DNA of 64,000 nt from an uncultured cyanobacterium (GCA_963793265.1 CAWBZI010000004.1:160001-224000), one strand, 5' to 3'; positions 38,996 to 49,632 are shown, counted from the stretch's first letter. A program made the numbers and translations. Notes: a model not told the origin generated them from the letters alone.

Positions 38996-40528
38996 ATGGT
39001 TTCCCTTCTCGAAAATCCGCTCCGCGTTGGCCTCCAGCACGACCGAATTCCCGCCCCTCAAATTTTGGTTATTTTTGGTGCCTCTGGCGATTTGACCCAG
39101 CGGAAGCTTGTGCCCGCGCTCTACCAAATGCGGCTAGAGCGTCGGCTACCGCCTGAGCTAACGATTGTAGGGGTGGCTCGCCGCGAGTGGAGCCATGACT
39201 ATTTTCGGCAGCATATGAAAGAAGGGGTCGAAGAGTTTGGCGGCGGTTTGGGCGCTGATACGTCTACATGGGACAAGTTCGCAGAAGGGCTGTTTTACTG
39301 CCCTGGCAATATTGACATTCCAGAAGATTACCAGAAACTCAAGCAGTTTTTAGCCGAGCTAGACGAAAAAAGAGGCACTCAGGGCAATCGGGTGTTCTAT
39401 CTCTCGGTAGCGCCTCGGTTCTTTGCTGAAGCCGCTCAACAGCTAGGCGGTGCCGGAATGCTGGCCGACCCTAGCAAACAGCGCCTAGTCATTGAGAAGC
39501 CCTTTGGCCGAGACTTGGCGTCTGCTCAAGCTTTGAACTACAAGGTGCGCAACGTTTGCGCTGAGGAGCAAATCTACCGAATAGACCACTATTTAGGCAA
39601 AGAAACGGTTCAGAACCTGCTGGTATTCCGATTTGCGAACGCTATTTTTGAGCCCTTATGGAACCGTCAGTTTGTAGACCATGTGCAAATTACGGTGGCT
39701 GAAACGGTGGGGCTAGAGGGCCGGGCGGGCTATTACGAAACGGCAGGCGCTATTCGGGATATGGTGCAAAACCACCTGATGCAGCTATTTAGCCTGACGG
39801 CGATGGAGACACCGAACTCACTGGATGCGGCCAGCATTCGGAATGAAAAAGTGAAGGTGTTGCAGGCCACGCGGCTGGCTGACGATACGGACTTATTAAA
39901 GTCTGCGGTGCGCGGGCAGTATTCTTCGGGCTGGATGAAGGGTAAAGAAGTCTCGGGCTATCGCGATGAGGAAGAAGGCATTGAGGAATCGACGAACAAC
40001 ACGTTTGCGGCCCTATCGCTTAGAGTAGATAATTGGCGCTGGCAGGGCGTACCGTTCTACCTGCGCACGGGCAAGCGCCTGCCTAAAAAAGTCTCTGAGA
40101 TTTCGATTCACTTTAAGTCTGTGCCTCACCTGATGTTCCAGTCGGCAACAAAGCAGCTCAATAACAATATCCTGGCTTTGCGCATTCAGCCCAATGAGGG
40201 TATCGCTATGCGCTTTGAGGTAAAAACACCTGGCTCTTCGCTGCGAACGCGTTCGGTAGAGATGGACTTTCGCTATGATGCGGCCTTTGGTCAGCCGAGT
40301 ACAGATGCCTATAGCCGCCTGCTGATTGATGCCATGCTGGGCGATCAGACATTATTTACCAGAGGCGATGAAGTAGAGCAGTCCTGGCGGGTGCTGACGC
40401 CTTTGCTTGAAGTGTGGGATGCGCCTGCCCCGCCAGATAGCATTCCGCTTTATGAAGCCGGAACCTGGGGGCCGATTGAGGCCGAGCTACTGCTAAACCG
40501 GACGAATCGCCGCTGGCGAAGACTGTAA
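38996..40528 (+). CDS. zwf: Glucose-6-phosphate dehydrogenase
   Basis: Motifs GASGDL and RIDHYLGKE. Confidence 0.97.
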   Translation: MVSLLENPLRVGLQHDRIPAPQILVIFGASGDLTQRKLVPALYQMRLERRLPPELTIVGVARREWSHDYFRQHMKEGVEEFGGGLGADTSTWDKFAEGLFYCPGNIDIPEDYQKLKQFLAELDEKRGTQGNRVFYLSVAPRFFAEAAQQLGGAGMLADPSKQRLVIEKPFGRDLASAQALNYKVRNVCAEEQIYRIDHYLGKETVQNLLVFRFANAIFEPLWNRQFVDHVQITVAETVGLEGRAGYYETAGAIRDMVQNHLMQLFSLTAMETPNSLDAASIRNEKVKVLQATRLADDTDLLKSAVRGQYSSGWMKGKEVSGYRDEEEGIEESTNNTFAALSLRVDNWRWQGVPFYLRTGKRLPKKVSEISIHFKSVPHLMFQSATKQLNNNILALRIQPNEGIAMRFEVKTPGSSLRTRSVEMDFRYDAAFGQPSTDAYSRLLIDAMLGDQTLFTRGDEVEQSWRVLTPLLEVWDAPAPPDSIPLYEAGTWGPIEAELLLNRTNRRWRRL

Positions 40529-40579
40529 AAAGATACTCTGCTGCTGTACAACTCTGCTGCTGTAAAACCCCTTGCAAAC

Positions 40580-41950
40580 ATGACCACTACTAAGTACAAG
40601 CCACCTGCTGCTACGTCTACGCTGACGCTTCAAAAGCCGAAAAATATTTCGCCTGGTGAGATTGAATCTGAGCTAGAGAATATTTGGCAAACGGATGAGG
40701 GCGATCGCAATGCCCCAAGCGTTAAGCGGGCAGACACGTTCACAATGATTATCTACGAACCAGAAGAGATTCAGCAGCTACTCGGCACGCTGAGCTTTTA
40801 TAAAAATGATATCGACGGGCTACATCGCTCAGAAACCAGAGAAGCGATTTTGATGGCCCAAAAGGCTTACAACCTGAGGCTCAGCGGGCGTGTAGATTCG
40901 ATTACGTTGGCGAAGCTGCGCGAAGAGGTGCGCAGCCTACCGCCGGAGCAGCGCCAGCTCAAAAACCCTGACATTCGTGGATTCAACTTTGATGGCCCCC
41001 TAGCTGCTCAGAACCCAGCGCGGGTAATTACGCTATGCCCTACTTTTGGCGAAGATACTGGCGTAACAGCGCAGGTGTCGGCTTATTGCCCCGTACAGAA
41101 AGCGGGTAGCGGCAAAATGGTTTGCTGTGAGTACATTACGCTGCGGGGCACTAAAGAAGCCTTAGAAGGCGTGGGCGATTTGGTGAATTCGCTAGTGGTA
41201 GAGGGTTTGCCGAAGTTTACCTGGTGGAAAGGGACGCCTAATCCAGAGCAGGCGCTGTTTCAATCGCTAGCGCTGAAGAGTAGCTGTTTGATTTTAGACT
41301 CTAGCTACTACGGCGATGCGGGTTCTGAAATCATGAAGATTCAGAAGCTGGTCGATGAGCATACGAATATTGCTGACTTGAACTGGTACCGGCTTGCACC
41401 CTGGCAAGAGCTAGCGGCAGCGGCATTCGATCCACCGGAGCGACGGATGGCGCTGAAGGATGTCGATAGAGTCGGGATTGATTATGAGAAGGGCAATCCG
41501 GCTCAGGCGCTGATGATGCTGGGCTGGCTGGCGAGCCGAATGGACTGGACGCTGAAGTCGTATGAGTACGAGGGTGGCGATTATGATGTGGAGCGGGTTT
41601 ATTTTGCTGGGGAGGGCGATCGCGTCATTGAAGCTGAGCTAGCCGGTATTCCGGTGATCGACCAGGGTGAGGTGACGGGCGACTTGACCGGCGTGCGCCT
41701 GCAGTCTACCAATCCTCAGGCTAACTGCAACACGATTTTGTGCTCTGAAACGGTGGGCTGTATGCGAATGGAGTCTGGTGGCAGCGCGCAGAGTAGCCTG
41801 GTAAAGGAAGTCACGTCGCTGTCGGATCAGCGTTCGGATTTGCTGCTGGGCCAGCAGCTGCAGCGCTGGGGCGAGGATGTGCTGTTTGAAGAGAGCCTGG
41901 CGGTGACGGCTGAGATTTTGGATTTGATGGCGAAACATCGTCAGTCGTAA
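40580..41950 (+). CDS. opcA: G6PDH assembly/activator protein OpcA
   Basis: Directly follows zwf; motifs AQVSAYCP, CCEYITLRG and DLNWYRLAPWQEL. Confidence 0.93.
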   Translation: MTTTKYKPPAATSTLTLQKPKNISPGEIESELENIWQTDEGDRNAPSVKRADTFTMIIYEPEEIQQLLGTLSFYKNDIDGLHRSETREAILMAQKAYNLRLSGRVDSITLAKLREEVRSLPPEQRQLKNPDIRGFNFDGPLAAQNPARVITLCPTFGEDTGVTAQVSAYCPVQKAGSGKMVCCEYITLRGTKEALEGVGDLVNSLVVEGLPKFTWWKGTPNPEQALFQSLALKSSCLILDSSYYGDAGSEIMKIQKLVDEHTNIADLNWYRLAPWQELAAAAFDPPERRMALKDVDRVGIDYEKGNPAQALMMLGWLASRMDWTLKSYEYEGGDYDVERVYFAGEGDRVIEAELAGIPVIDQGEVTGDLTGVRLQSTNPQANCNTILCSETVGCMRMESGGSAQSSLVKEVTSLSDQRSDLLLGQQLQRWGEDVLFEESLAVTAEILDLMAKHRQS

Positions 41951-41962
41951 AGATAATAAGAC

Positions 41963-42011
41963 AAAAAAAATGCCTACATTGTCGCTATCGAGCGATGATG
42001 TAAGGCAATTT
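41963..42011. terminator. Probable terminator hairpin after opcA
   Basis: TGCCTACATTGTCGCT...AGCGATGATGTAAGGCA flanked by A/T runs. Confidence 0.6.
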
Positions 42012-42189
42012 CTGCTTGGGAAAATCCATCTTTATAAAGCCTGGATCTATCCTTTTTAGGAGCGGAAGCGATTCTGGACGGTTGGAGCTTGTTCGGCCAG
42101 GTTTTTGCTGGGGCTTTTGAGAACTTTTTATATCTTTTCTATGATTTCTTTTTTTTAGAGGGGCCTTCTAGAGGGGGCTCTGGGGCCTT

Positions 42190-42465
42190 TCACTCGCCGT
42201 ATCCGCTGAGATAGCCTTCGAGGGCGTTGAAGCGATCGGCATTGAGACTGTAGTACATCCAACGACCCTGCTGGCGGGCGGTAACTAGCCCGGCTTCTTT
42301 GAGAGTTTTGAGGTGAAAGGACAGCTTGGACTGGGCTATGCAGAGGCGATCGCACATGTCGCCTACACAAAATTCGCCTTCCTGTAGCAGTTCAATCACC
42401 TGGATGCGAATGGGCTCTGAGAGGGCGTGAAACCCCGAGAAAACGGTATCTGATGATTTAGCCAT
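42190..42465 (-). CDS. ArsR/SmtB-family regulator
   Basis: FHALSEPIRIQVIELL..GEFCVGDMC...QSKLSFHLKTLKEAGLV. Confidence 0.92.
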   Translation of the reverse strand: MAKSSDTVFSGFHALSEPIRIQVIELLQEGEFCVGDMCDRLCIAQSKLSFHLKTLKEAGLVTARQQGRWMYYSLNADRFNALEGYLSGYGE

Positions 42466-42595
42466 TGTTGTTAAGATTTGACCTGAAATAGCTCCGAGCA
42501 TCCGCGTGATAGGAAAAACCTATGTGACGCTAGATACTGAAAGCTTAAACAAGCCAAATCGATTTGGCCATCCGAACTTATACGATGAAATCAAG

Positions 42596-43429
42596 CTATA
42601 TCAAGAGTTCTCTGGCTGCTGCCACCAGAGATAGCGCGGTAATTGGGGCAGTAACCGCGCGTAATATTACTGAGCCTAGCGCGACTGTTTTGTATTGATA
42701 TGATATGGCAACTGCAATTTCACGCTGCGTCCATCCACCCTCTGGCCCGACGGCTATGACGATGCTAGGTAGATTTTCAGGTGCGGGTTGGGCGCGTTGA
42801 TGCGTGAGCAAATGAGCCAGTAAATGAGGGCGATCGCAACTATCGGTTGCACTTATAGCAGGACTACTGAATTTATTTCGAGCAACACAAATATATTTCA
42901 AAGGGAATTGGTTACTTTTTTCGTTCTGTGCGCTGTGCTGAACTTGCTTCAAACAAGTTTCAAACTGATTGGGATCAAAGACTTCAGGCACGGTGATGCG
43001 TTCGCTTTGTTCGCTAGCTTCTTGCGCAATCCGTCGCCAGCGCGCCAGCTTATTAGCGCTAGGCTTTAGCAGGGTGCGATCGCTCAGCACCGGATAAATA
43101 TGTGTAACCCCTAGCTCTGTGGCCTGTCTGACGACCTGATCGAAGCTATTCCCTTTGGGTAGGGCCGCGATTAGCTGCACAGGCGCGGTTGAGAGCGGAT
43201 CGTTGGACAGAGACTCAATGACTTGAGCACGGTTGTTTTGTTCTGCTAAGGCCGCGAGCCACTGCTGGCCCTGGCCGTTTTGGGCAATGAAGCGATCGCC
43301 CGTCTTTAGCCTGAGCACTCGCAGCAAATAGTGAACCTGATCGCTATCTAGATGGATAAGCGCTGCTGGTGGCGAGCTATTTACAATCGGGTGGTATTGC
43401 TGCTGCTCGATTGTGATTCGTTGAACCAT
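42596..43429 (-). CDS. rsmE: 16S rRNA m3U1498 methyltransferase
   Basis: Motifs HYLLRVLRL, QATELGV, VGPEGGW and LGSVILRAVTA. Confidence 0.93.
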   Translation of the reverse strand: MVQRITIEQQQYHPIVNSSPPAALIHLDSDQVHYLLRVLRLKTGDRFIAQNGQGQQWLAALAEQNNRAQVIESLSNDPLSTAPVQLIAALPKGNSFDQVVRQATELGVTHIYPVLSDRTLLKPSANKLARWRRIAQEASEQSERITVPEVFDPNQFETCLKQVQHSAQNEKSNQFPLKYICVARNKFSSPAISATDSCDRPHLLAHLLTHQRAQPAPENLPSIVIAVGPEGGWTQREIAVAISYQYKTVALGSVILRAVTAPITALSLVAAARELLI

Positions 43430-43515
43430 CGATAAAAAGGTGTCACATCTGCACAGCAATCATCCTAGCGTGTGACGATTCAGGATAGATGCGGATCAAA
43501 GCTGTCATCTGACGG

Positions 43516-43887
43516 CTAGTTTCCCCACTGCACAATTTCTACATAAACGGTAGAGATGCCCGCACTATAAGTACCTAAGTCACGAGCGGCCTGTTCTGTA
43601 ATATCTAAGGCTCCACCAGAGCGGTCGTTGATGCGAACGGTGACCGCTGCTCCGGTATCGGGATGGGTGAGCTGAACTAAAGTGCCAAAGGGCCAGCTTG
43701 GATGTGCGGCGGTGTGGTCATATCGGGAGAAGATTTCGCCGTTAGCGGTGTAGCCGCCGTCGAAACCAGGGCCGTACCAGCTTACTCTCATCTGTTCAGC
43801 TTGGGCTACGCTCGTTAGTCCGACAGGTAGCACTAATAGCCCTGCGCTCAAACTGCTCAGAACACACAGGCGCTCGAAGAAAGACAT
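43516..43887 (-). CDS. RlpA-like double-psi beta-barrel protein, secreted
   Basis: SWYGPGF..TANGE....TAAHPSWPFGT...VRINDR; signal peptide. Confidence 0.88.
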   Translation of the reverse strand: MSFFERLCVLSSLSAGLLVLPVGLTSVAQAEQMRVSWYGPGFDGGYTANGEIFSRYDHTAAHPSWPFGTLVQLTHPDTGAAVTVRINDRSGGALDITEQAARDLGTYSAGISTVYVEIVQWGN

Positions 43888-44072
43888 TGATACATTCCTT
43901 AATGTTTTTTCGAGAGCATTATCCCAAGGGATGATGCGAAATGCAATGTTCCCTGATGGAGCACCATTTGTAGGGCGTGTTTAAGTAGATATTTGTTTGA
44001 ATTTTCAGTGACTCAATCTAGTGCGTTAGCGTATGGAAGGCTTTTGTATTGATTGGAATGACTCTGTAAACC

Positions 44073-45110
44073 ATGCATTTTCACCATTTACATTTCTACG
44101 TTGAAGATGTGGCTTTTTGGCAGGATTGGTTTATTCGTAAGCTAGCTTTTCGCCTAAGGCCAGCGGACGGATCTTCTGGTGACGGTATGCGAGTGCTGGT
44201 GCAGGGCGCGATTGAAGTGCGGCTTTCAAGTGGCGCTAAGGCTCATTCGTACTTGCAGCAGCATCCGCCAGGACTGGTAGATGTGGGCCTAGCGACGGAT
44301 CGTTTTGATCAGGTTTTGGCGCGATCGCTCTCTGCTGGTGCAAACCTGCTCAATGAAGTGAATATTAACCGCGACGGCCAGCGGCAGTGTCAGCTACAGG
44401 GCTGGGCTGATTTGCGGCATACCCTGGTAGAGGTTCCGCCGCAGTGGATAGCAGAACGAGCTATTGATACGGCTGCTGACAGGCTTTTGAGCATTGATCA
44501 TGTGGTGCTGAACGTACCGCGTGGCGAGCTAGCGGCAGCTTCATCCTGGTACCAGGCGGTTTTTGGGCTAGTGCCGGGCCAGCAGTTTGATATCACCACG
44601 GCGCGCTCAAGCCTGCGCTCTCAGGTGTTGGTACATCCTCACGGGACGCTGCAGCTGCCGATTAATGAGCCGACTTCGGATAATTCGCAGATTCAGGAGT
44701 TTCTACATCACAATCGGGGCGCTGGGATTCAGCATGTGGCGCTGCGTAGTGCGGATGCGGTGGGGGCGATCGCGCACTTTAGGCAGCAGCAACTCGCATT
44801 AATTGATGTGCCGACGACTTACTACGAAGGGTTGCATCAGCGGCTAGACTGTCCGGCAGATAGTATCTCGGCAGCTAGCCAGCAGCAGCTATTGCTCGAC
44901 TGGGCTGAAGGCGGGCGGCAGGGGACGCTTTTACAGACATTTACTAAGCCGATTTTTGCAGAGCCTACTTTCTTTTTTGAGATTATTGAGCGGGGGCTTT
45001 ATGTGGAGCACGGCCAGATTAAACAGGCTCAGGGGTTTGGTGAAGGTAATTTTCAGGCATTGTTTGAGGCGATTGAGCGGGCTCAGCTAGAACGTGGAAG
45101 CTTGAGCTGA
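44073..45110 (+). CDS. hppD: 4-hydroxyphenylpyruvate dioxygenase
   Basis: Motifs IDHVVLNV, GIQHVAL, FFEIIER and GFGEGNFQALFEAIE. Confidence 0.93.
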   Translation: MHFHHLHFYVEDVAFWQDWFIRKLAFRLRPADGSSGDGMRVLVQGAIEVRLSSGAKAHSYLQQHPPGLVDVGLATDRFDQVLARSLSAGANLLNEVNINRDGQRQCQLQGWADLRHTLVEVPPQWIAERAIDTAADRLLSIDHVVLNVPRGELAAASSWYQAVFGLVPGQQFDITTARSSLRSQVLVHPHGTLQLPINEPTSDNSQIQEFLHHNRGAGIQHVALRSADAVGAIAHFRQQQLALIDVPTTYYEGLHQRLDCPADSISAASQQQLLLDWAEGGRQGTLLQTFTKPIFAEPTFFFEIIERGLYVEHGQIKQAQGFGEGNFQALFEAIERAQLERGSLS

Positions 45111-45132
45111 GGATTTTCGATCAAAACATGAC

Positions 45133-45169
45133 AAAAAGCCCTTCGATTCAACAGCTGAATCGAAGGGCT
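45133..45169. terminator. Terminator between convergent genes
   Basis: AGCCCTTCGATTCA-ACAGC-TGAATCGAAGGGCT with an A-run (T-run on the minus strand). Confidence 0.75.
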
Positions 45170-45225
45170 CCATAATTGGCGTTTATTGATTGGCGTTTAG
45201 TTAACTTGGCACTTACTGATAGTGA

Positions 45226-45870
45226 TTAGCGTAGAAAACCTGTCTCGAACCACAGTACGACTAGCGTGATACTAGCTGCTAAAGATGATACCTGAGCTTG
45301 GGGAAGGGCGGTTCCTTGGCTAGTAAATATCTGCACGACGACAAAGCCTAGTCCTAAGCCGATGAGTAAGCCAAGACTGGTAATGCCTAGCGATCGCCAC
45401 AGCTTGCGAGTCTTTTTGTTTAAGAAGTAAATAGCCGCAATCATTCCAAGCGCTAGTGCGGTGGGTGCCCCTAAAGCCTCGCCGGATGACGGTATCCACG
45501 TGAGCCCTACGAGCAGGGCGAAAACGATGGAAGGCCAAAGCAGTTCGCTGCTGCTCTCAGGCTGATCGAGCAGGTCGGAGAACCATTGCGGCCCGCCGTT
45601 GCTGAGCGGCCCAGCGTCTGAAGAGACTGAGACTTTTGGCTTGGCCTGTTTTTCGGCAAAGCGAATTCTATCGGGCACTTTGATCTTGCCCTCTTGGCGC
45701 AGCCGCAGGCGTTCCATCAAAATGGCGTCATAGGCCGCTTCAATCGTTTCCTTTTTTTGTGGACTATCTTCGTAATCAGCGACTAAGCGTTTACGAGCAG
45801 ACTGCACCTCTTCAAAAGAAGATGCTTCTGTGAGTCCTAACGTTTCGTAGTGAACGTTTTGTTCGCTCAT
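45226..45870 (-). CDS. CPP1-like (DUF3353) J-like membrane protein
   Basis: YETLGLTEASSFEEVQ...IEAAYDAILMERLRLRQEGKIKVPDRIRFAE plus TM segments. Confidence 0.88.
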   Translation of the reverse strand: MSEQNVHYETLGLTEASSFEEVQSARKRLVADYEDSPQKKETIEAAYDAILMERLRLRQEGKIKVPDRIRFAEKQAKPKVSVSSDAGPLSNGGPQWFSDLLDQPESSSELLWPSIVFALLVGLTWIPSSGEALGAPTALALGMIAAIYFLNKKTRKLWRSLGITSLGLLIGLGLGFVVVQIFTSQGTALPQAQVSSLAASITLVVLWFETGFLR

Positions 45871-46335
45871 CCCTAACTCTCCGAATCGATTTGGCTCTTA
45901 AGCGGCTAAACCCGTAGCTAAACCACAGAAGCCCTAAAGCTCTGACGGCATAAAAACACACAGATATAGTGTAGCTGTGGATCGCCCGAAACGAAAACGG
46001 CTGAGGGCTGAGTCTTTGGAAAAATTGATACTTCAATCGTGCTCAGCGGCGGATGTCTAGCGGATGTCTATCGCAATGAGTCGCATACATCTATATAAAG
46101 GGCGGATATTCGTTATTTTTGGCGGCTAATCCCTCCGATAAAAGATGCTTTTTTTGCTAAGGTGTGAATGCCTTATTAAAAAGTTTACTGAATCTTCTAA
46201 AATATCGAGAAGTAAAGTAAAGAAACCCCACAACTGCGCTGTTTAAAGATTAGGTCATCTTGATTTAGACGATCTCAATTTCTTTGCTGCTCGCGCTACC
46301 TACATTTATTTGCTTTAGTACCAGGATTCTCAATT

Positions 46336-47049
46336 ATGGCCGCTGCCAAAATCCTCGTGGTTGATGACGAACCCGCTATCCGTAATCTTATCCATCGATT
46401 CTTAGCCAAGCAGGACTACCAAATGGAGTCGGCTGAAGATGGAAAAAGCGCGCTGACGGTTTTTGAGCAGTTCAATCCCGATTTGGTGATTTTAGATGTT
46501 AATTTGCCTGATGCGAATGGCTACGACCTCTGTAAGGAGATGCAGTCGCGCACGGGTGTGTTTGTATTGATGCTGACAAGCCGCACGGATGAGGCTGATA
46601 AAATTCGCGGCTTCAATACGGGCGCAGATGACTACATTACTAAGCCGTTTAGTCTAGGTGAGCTAGAAGTGCGCTTGGGCGCAATTCTGAAACGTCAGCG
46701 TCCGGTAACGGTGGCCGAACAGCAGTGTCTTACCTTCAACAAGCTCTCGATCGATCCGATTCGCCGTGAGGTGACGCTAGCGAGCGATTTGGTGCCGCTG
46801 ACGGCTTTGGAGTTTGATTTGCTGCACTTTTTGGCGGGCCATCCAGGGCGCGTGTGGCGGCGCTCGGAGCTAATCCAAAAGGTTTGGGACTATGAGTATG
46901 TGGGCGATCAAAGGGTGGTCGATGTGCACATTGGGCAGATCAGAAAGAAGATTGAGATTGATACGACGCAGCCGACGCTGATTCAGACGGTGCGTGGGGT
47001 GGGCTATAAGTTTGAGCCCCCTGAGGATATGCAGGCTGAGGAAGCTTAG
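46336..47049 (+). CDS. OmpR-family response regulator
   Basis: Receiver domain plus winged HTH (VDVHIGQIRKK, IQTVRGVGY). Confidence 0.95.
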   Translation: MAAAKILVVDDEPAIRNLIHRFLAKQDYQMESAEDGKSALTVFEQFNPDLVILDVNLPDANGYDLCKEMQSRTGVFVLMLTSRTDEADKIRGFNTGADDYITKPFSLGELEVRLGAILKRQRPVTVAEQQCLTFNKLSIDPIRREVTLASDLVPLTALEFDLLHFLAGHPGRVWRRSELIQKVWDYEYVGDQRVVDVHIGQIRKKIEIDTTQPTLIQTVRGVGYKFEPPEDMQAEEA

Positions 47050-47085
47050 GGTTAGCTTTTGAGGGTCGGTAGATGCAGTTGAGTG

Positions 47086-47121
47086 AGGGCCTTACTTGTA
47101 GATGTATAAGTAAGGCTCTTT
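47086..47121. terminator. Terminator hairpin between convergent genes
   Basis: AGGGCCTTACTT...TAAGTAAGGCTCT-TT. Confidence 0.65.
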
Positions 47122-47145
47122 ACGTTGACGGTGCGCTCTGGCAGT

Positions 47146-48666
47146 TCATTTTTTGTTTTTGTGATGCTGGTTACGGACTTTCCAGGCGAGGCTGATGAGC
47201 TTGCTCCAGCGGCGCTCGACGCGCTTGGGTGTCCACTTCAAAGCTTGAGCGATCGCAACATCACTCGGCCCCTGCTCAGGATTTTCTAGCTGCTTTTGTT
47301 TCAGCGCGAGCAGTTGCGTTTGCTCATCGGTAAGCTGCGCCAGATAAATGCTCCACTCGCTAGGCGACAGGCCAAAGTTTTTATCTAGGTCTGCGCCGAG
47401 CCACTGGTGCACTAGCTCCCAGCGGTGAGACTGAGCGAACTTTTCGACGTGGTACTTGAAGCGCTGCTGCAAGTAGTCACGCTGACGAGCGGTGAGCCCA
47501 AGCACTTCATCAATTTCAGAAGCGGCCATGTCTTGCAGGCGTAGCACCAGATAGTCTACGCAGCCCTGCTGGTCTTGCTCTTCTAGATAGGTAATTAGCT
47601 CTTTGATGATACGATCGCGCAGCACTGACTCAGAGGGATCGACGGTATTGGCGACCATCTTTTCTCGAATCTGCTGAATTGCAGGCGAGCGAAAGAAGCC
47701 ATCGGCATCATCCCCTTTAGGTGAGTCTACGGCCATTTCGATATCGACCGACGTTTCAGCCGGGAGCCGACGCGCGAATGCTTGGGCGCGAAGGACGACG
47801 AGCTGCTGGTTGTAGCAGCCGGGCAGTGAGATTCGGCGCTTGGCATAGTGCTCGCTAAAGGCCATGTACTCTGAGAGTTCTAGGCGAGTGCGCGGCGTGT
47901 ATTCAGCGCCGAGGTTGTTTTCACGGCGGAAGGCTTTGAGCACCTCTATATAAAAGCCTTGGAGAAAGTCTTCTAGTAGGGTGCAGCGGCCCTGGAAGCC
48001 AAGCTGGGTGCGGGCAGGGGCGATGTAGCGATAGGCAATAGCGCTCAAACGGCTGTGTAGCTCAACTCGGCCCTGGCGTGAGCCTAAGAGGTAGTAGTCA
48101 AGGTACTTTTTGACCCGGTTTTGGGCGAGCGATCGCTGCCAGGCAGTGACTTCTCCTGACGCTTGAATGCGCGCGCTTTTGCGACAGATGCGCGTAACTT
48201 CAATTGCCAAACGAGTCGCGACTGCGTTTACAACCTTTTGACTGGTAGTGATTTTCTCGTTGATTTCAACGGTAAGAAAGTCAATGAGCTTTTGATCGAC
48301 CGGGCAAAGCGCCTGTTCGTCACCAGCGGCGAGTGCAGGCGTGCTGCTGCTAATAATCTCTTCAGAAGGCGCTGGTTTTGTATTCTCGGCTGCTGGCGTA
48401 GGAGAAATCTCTTTCTCTGAAACCTTTTCCTGCGGCTTTTGAGAGGGTTGTTCTACTGTTTGTGATGGCGTCTTGTTGCTGGCAACAGGCGTTTCAGTGA
48501 CGGGGGCGTTAGAGACAGAAGCAGGGTTTTTTCGGCGTTCGTCCGGATGCTTCTTTACGGAGTCGGTAGTATAAAAAACAGCGTTGGTTGCGTGGTTGGT
48601 AGTGGCTTCGTTAGATAGGGGGTTAAACATGGCAGATGGATTTATATATTCTTTTTCGTGAGGCAC
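47146..48666 (-). CDS. HetZ-related protein (start uncertain)
   Basis: Motifs ELHSRLSAIAY, LEDFLQGFY, ELSEYMAFSEHYAKRRI and LTARQRDYLQQRFKYH. Confidence 0.82.
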   Translation of the reverse strand: MPHEKEYINPSAMFNPLSNEATTNHATNAVFYTTDSVKKHPDERRKNPASVSNAPVTETPVASNKTPSQTVEQPSQKPQEKVSEKEISPTPAAENTKPAPSEEIISSSTPALAAGDEQALCPVDQKLIDFLTVEINEKITTSQKVVNAVATRLAIEVTRICRKSARIQASGEVTAWQRSLAQNRVKKYLDYYLLGSRQGRVELHSRLSAIAYRYIAPARTQLGFQGRCTLLEDFLQGFYIEVLKAFRRENNLGAEYTPRTRLELSEYMAFSEHYAKRRISLPGCYNQQLVVLRAQAFARRLPAETSVDIEMAVDSPKGDDADGFFRSPAIQQIREKMVANTVDPSESVLRDRIIKELITYLEEQDQQGCVDYLVLRLQDMAASEIDEVLGLTARQRDYLQQRFKYHVEKFAQSHRWELVHQWLGADLDKNFGLSPSEWSIYLAQLTDEQTQLLALKQKQLENPEQGPSDVAIAQALKWTPKRVERRWSKLISLAWKVRNQHHKNKK

Positions 48667-48972
48667 AAGCGTCGTGATGGAAGGGCTTTCCCCGGTTCGA
48701 CAGTTTCACTCTAGAGAATATGAATCCAATCCATTTGAATCGGTGTGGCAGAATCACAATCAACTGTCACATGGCAACTGTCACATGCAAGCGCTGTCTC
48801 AAATTGGTTTTTCATAGATGGGCCTGAGGTCTTTGATAGATAAGGGCTGTGACGTTCAAAGTCGCAGACAATCTGATGTTCTATCAACGCTGTGAGGGGT
48901 ATGGGCCTGCTATGACAGTTGCGCGAAAGGTCTATTGCACATGCGCTCGCGCGCTTTTCAATAGGCTTGGGG

Positions 48973-49632
48973 CTAGTGGCTTAGCTGGGCTCCCCACTCT
49001 ATGGCTTTTTGCCAGTCGAGTCCCTGACGGGTGACGGTGGGAAGGTCACTCGTGAGGTCAAGAATTGTAGACACCTGATACCTGAGATCAGAATCACTAT
49101 CAAGAATTACGTCTACTTGCTTATCCATCCGGTCGAACAAATCTGCTTTTGATAAAGCTTCGATATCATCTTCCGTAGAATTACGAACAATAGATAAAGC
49201 CGATGTGGAAATTACGGGGTTGTCTAGTGATTCAATCAGCGCTTTACAGATCGGGCTTTTAGGGACGCGGATCCCGGTAGTGCGGCGTTTGGGGTTGACG
49301 ACGAGTTTAGGTACTGATTTTGTGGCAGGTAGCAAAAAGGTGTAAGGGCCAGGAATGAGGTGCTTGATAATGCGATAGGCCGGGTCGCTGACGTGGGCGT
49401 AGCTGGCGATGTTAGAGAGCGAGGAACAGAGGAATGTGAGCGGTTTGTCGTTGGCGATCTGTTTGAGCTGACGCACTCTTTTGATTGCACTTTTATCGCT
49501 CAGGTCGCAGCCGATGGCGTACACCGTGTCGGTGGGGTAGAGCATGATTGCGCCCTGGCGTAGGGCTTTTTTAACGGCCTCTATTTCTCGGGTTTGAGGC
49601 GTTTCAGGATGGATGTTATAGACCTTGGCCAT
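48973..49632 (-). CDS. Sua5/YrdC/YciO-family (threonylcarbamoyl-AMP synthase-like) protein
   Basis: Motifs YPTDTVYAIGC, PGPYTFLL and GIRVP. Confidence 0.9.
   Translation of the reverse strand: MAKVYNIHPETPQTREIEAVKKALRQGAIMLYPTDTVYAIGCDLSDKSAIKRVRQLKQIANDKPLTFLCSSLSNIASYAHVSDPAYRIIKHLIPGPYTFLLPATKSVPKLVVNPKRRTTGIRVPKSPICKALIESLDNPVISTSALSIVRNSTEDDIEALSKADLFDRMDKQVDVILDSDSDLRYQVSTILDLTSDLPTVTRQGLDWQKAIEWGAQLSH

Noticed and set aside
37656..41950. Absence of tal in the fbp-zwf-opcA cluster and a peptidoglycan-binding-like insert in OpcA
   Set aside because: Both are known variations in cyanobacteria and not novel.
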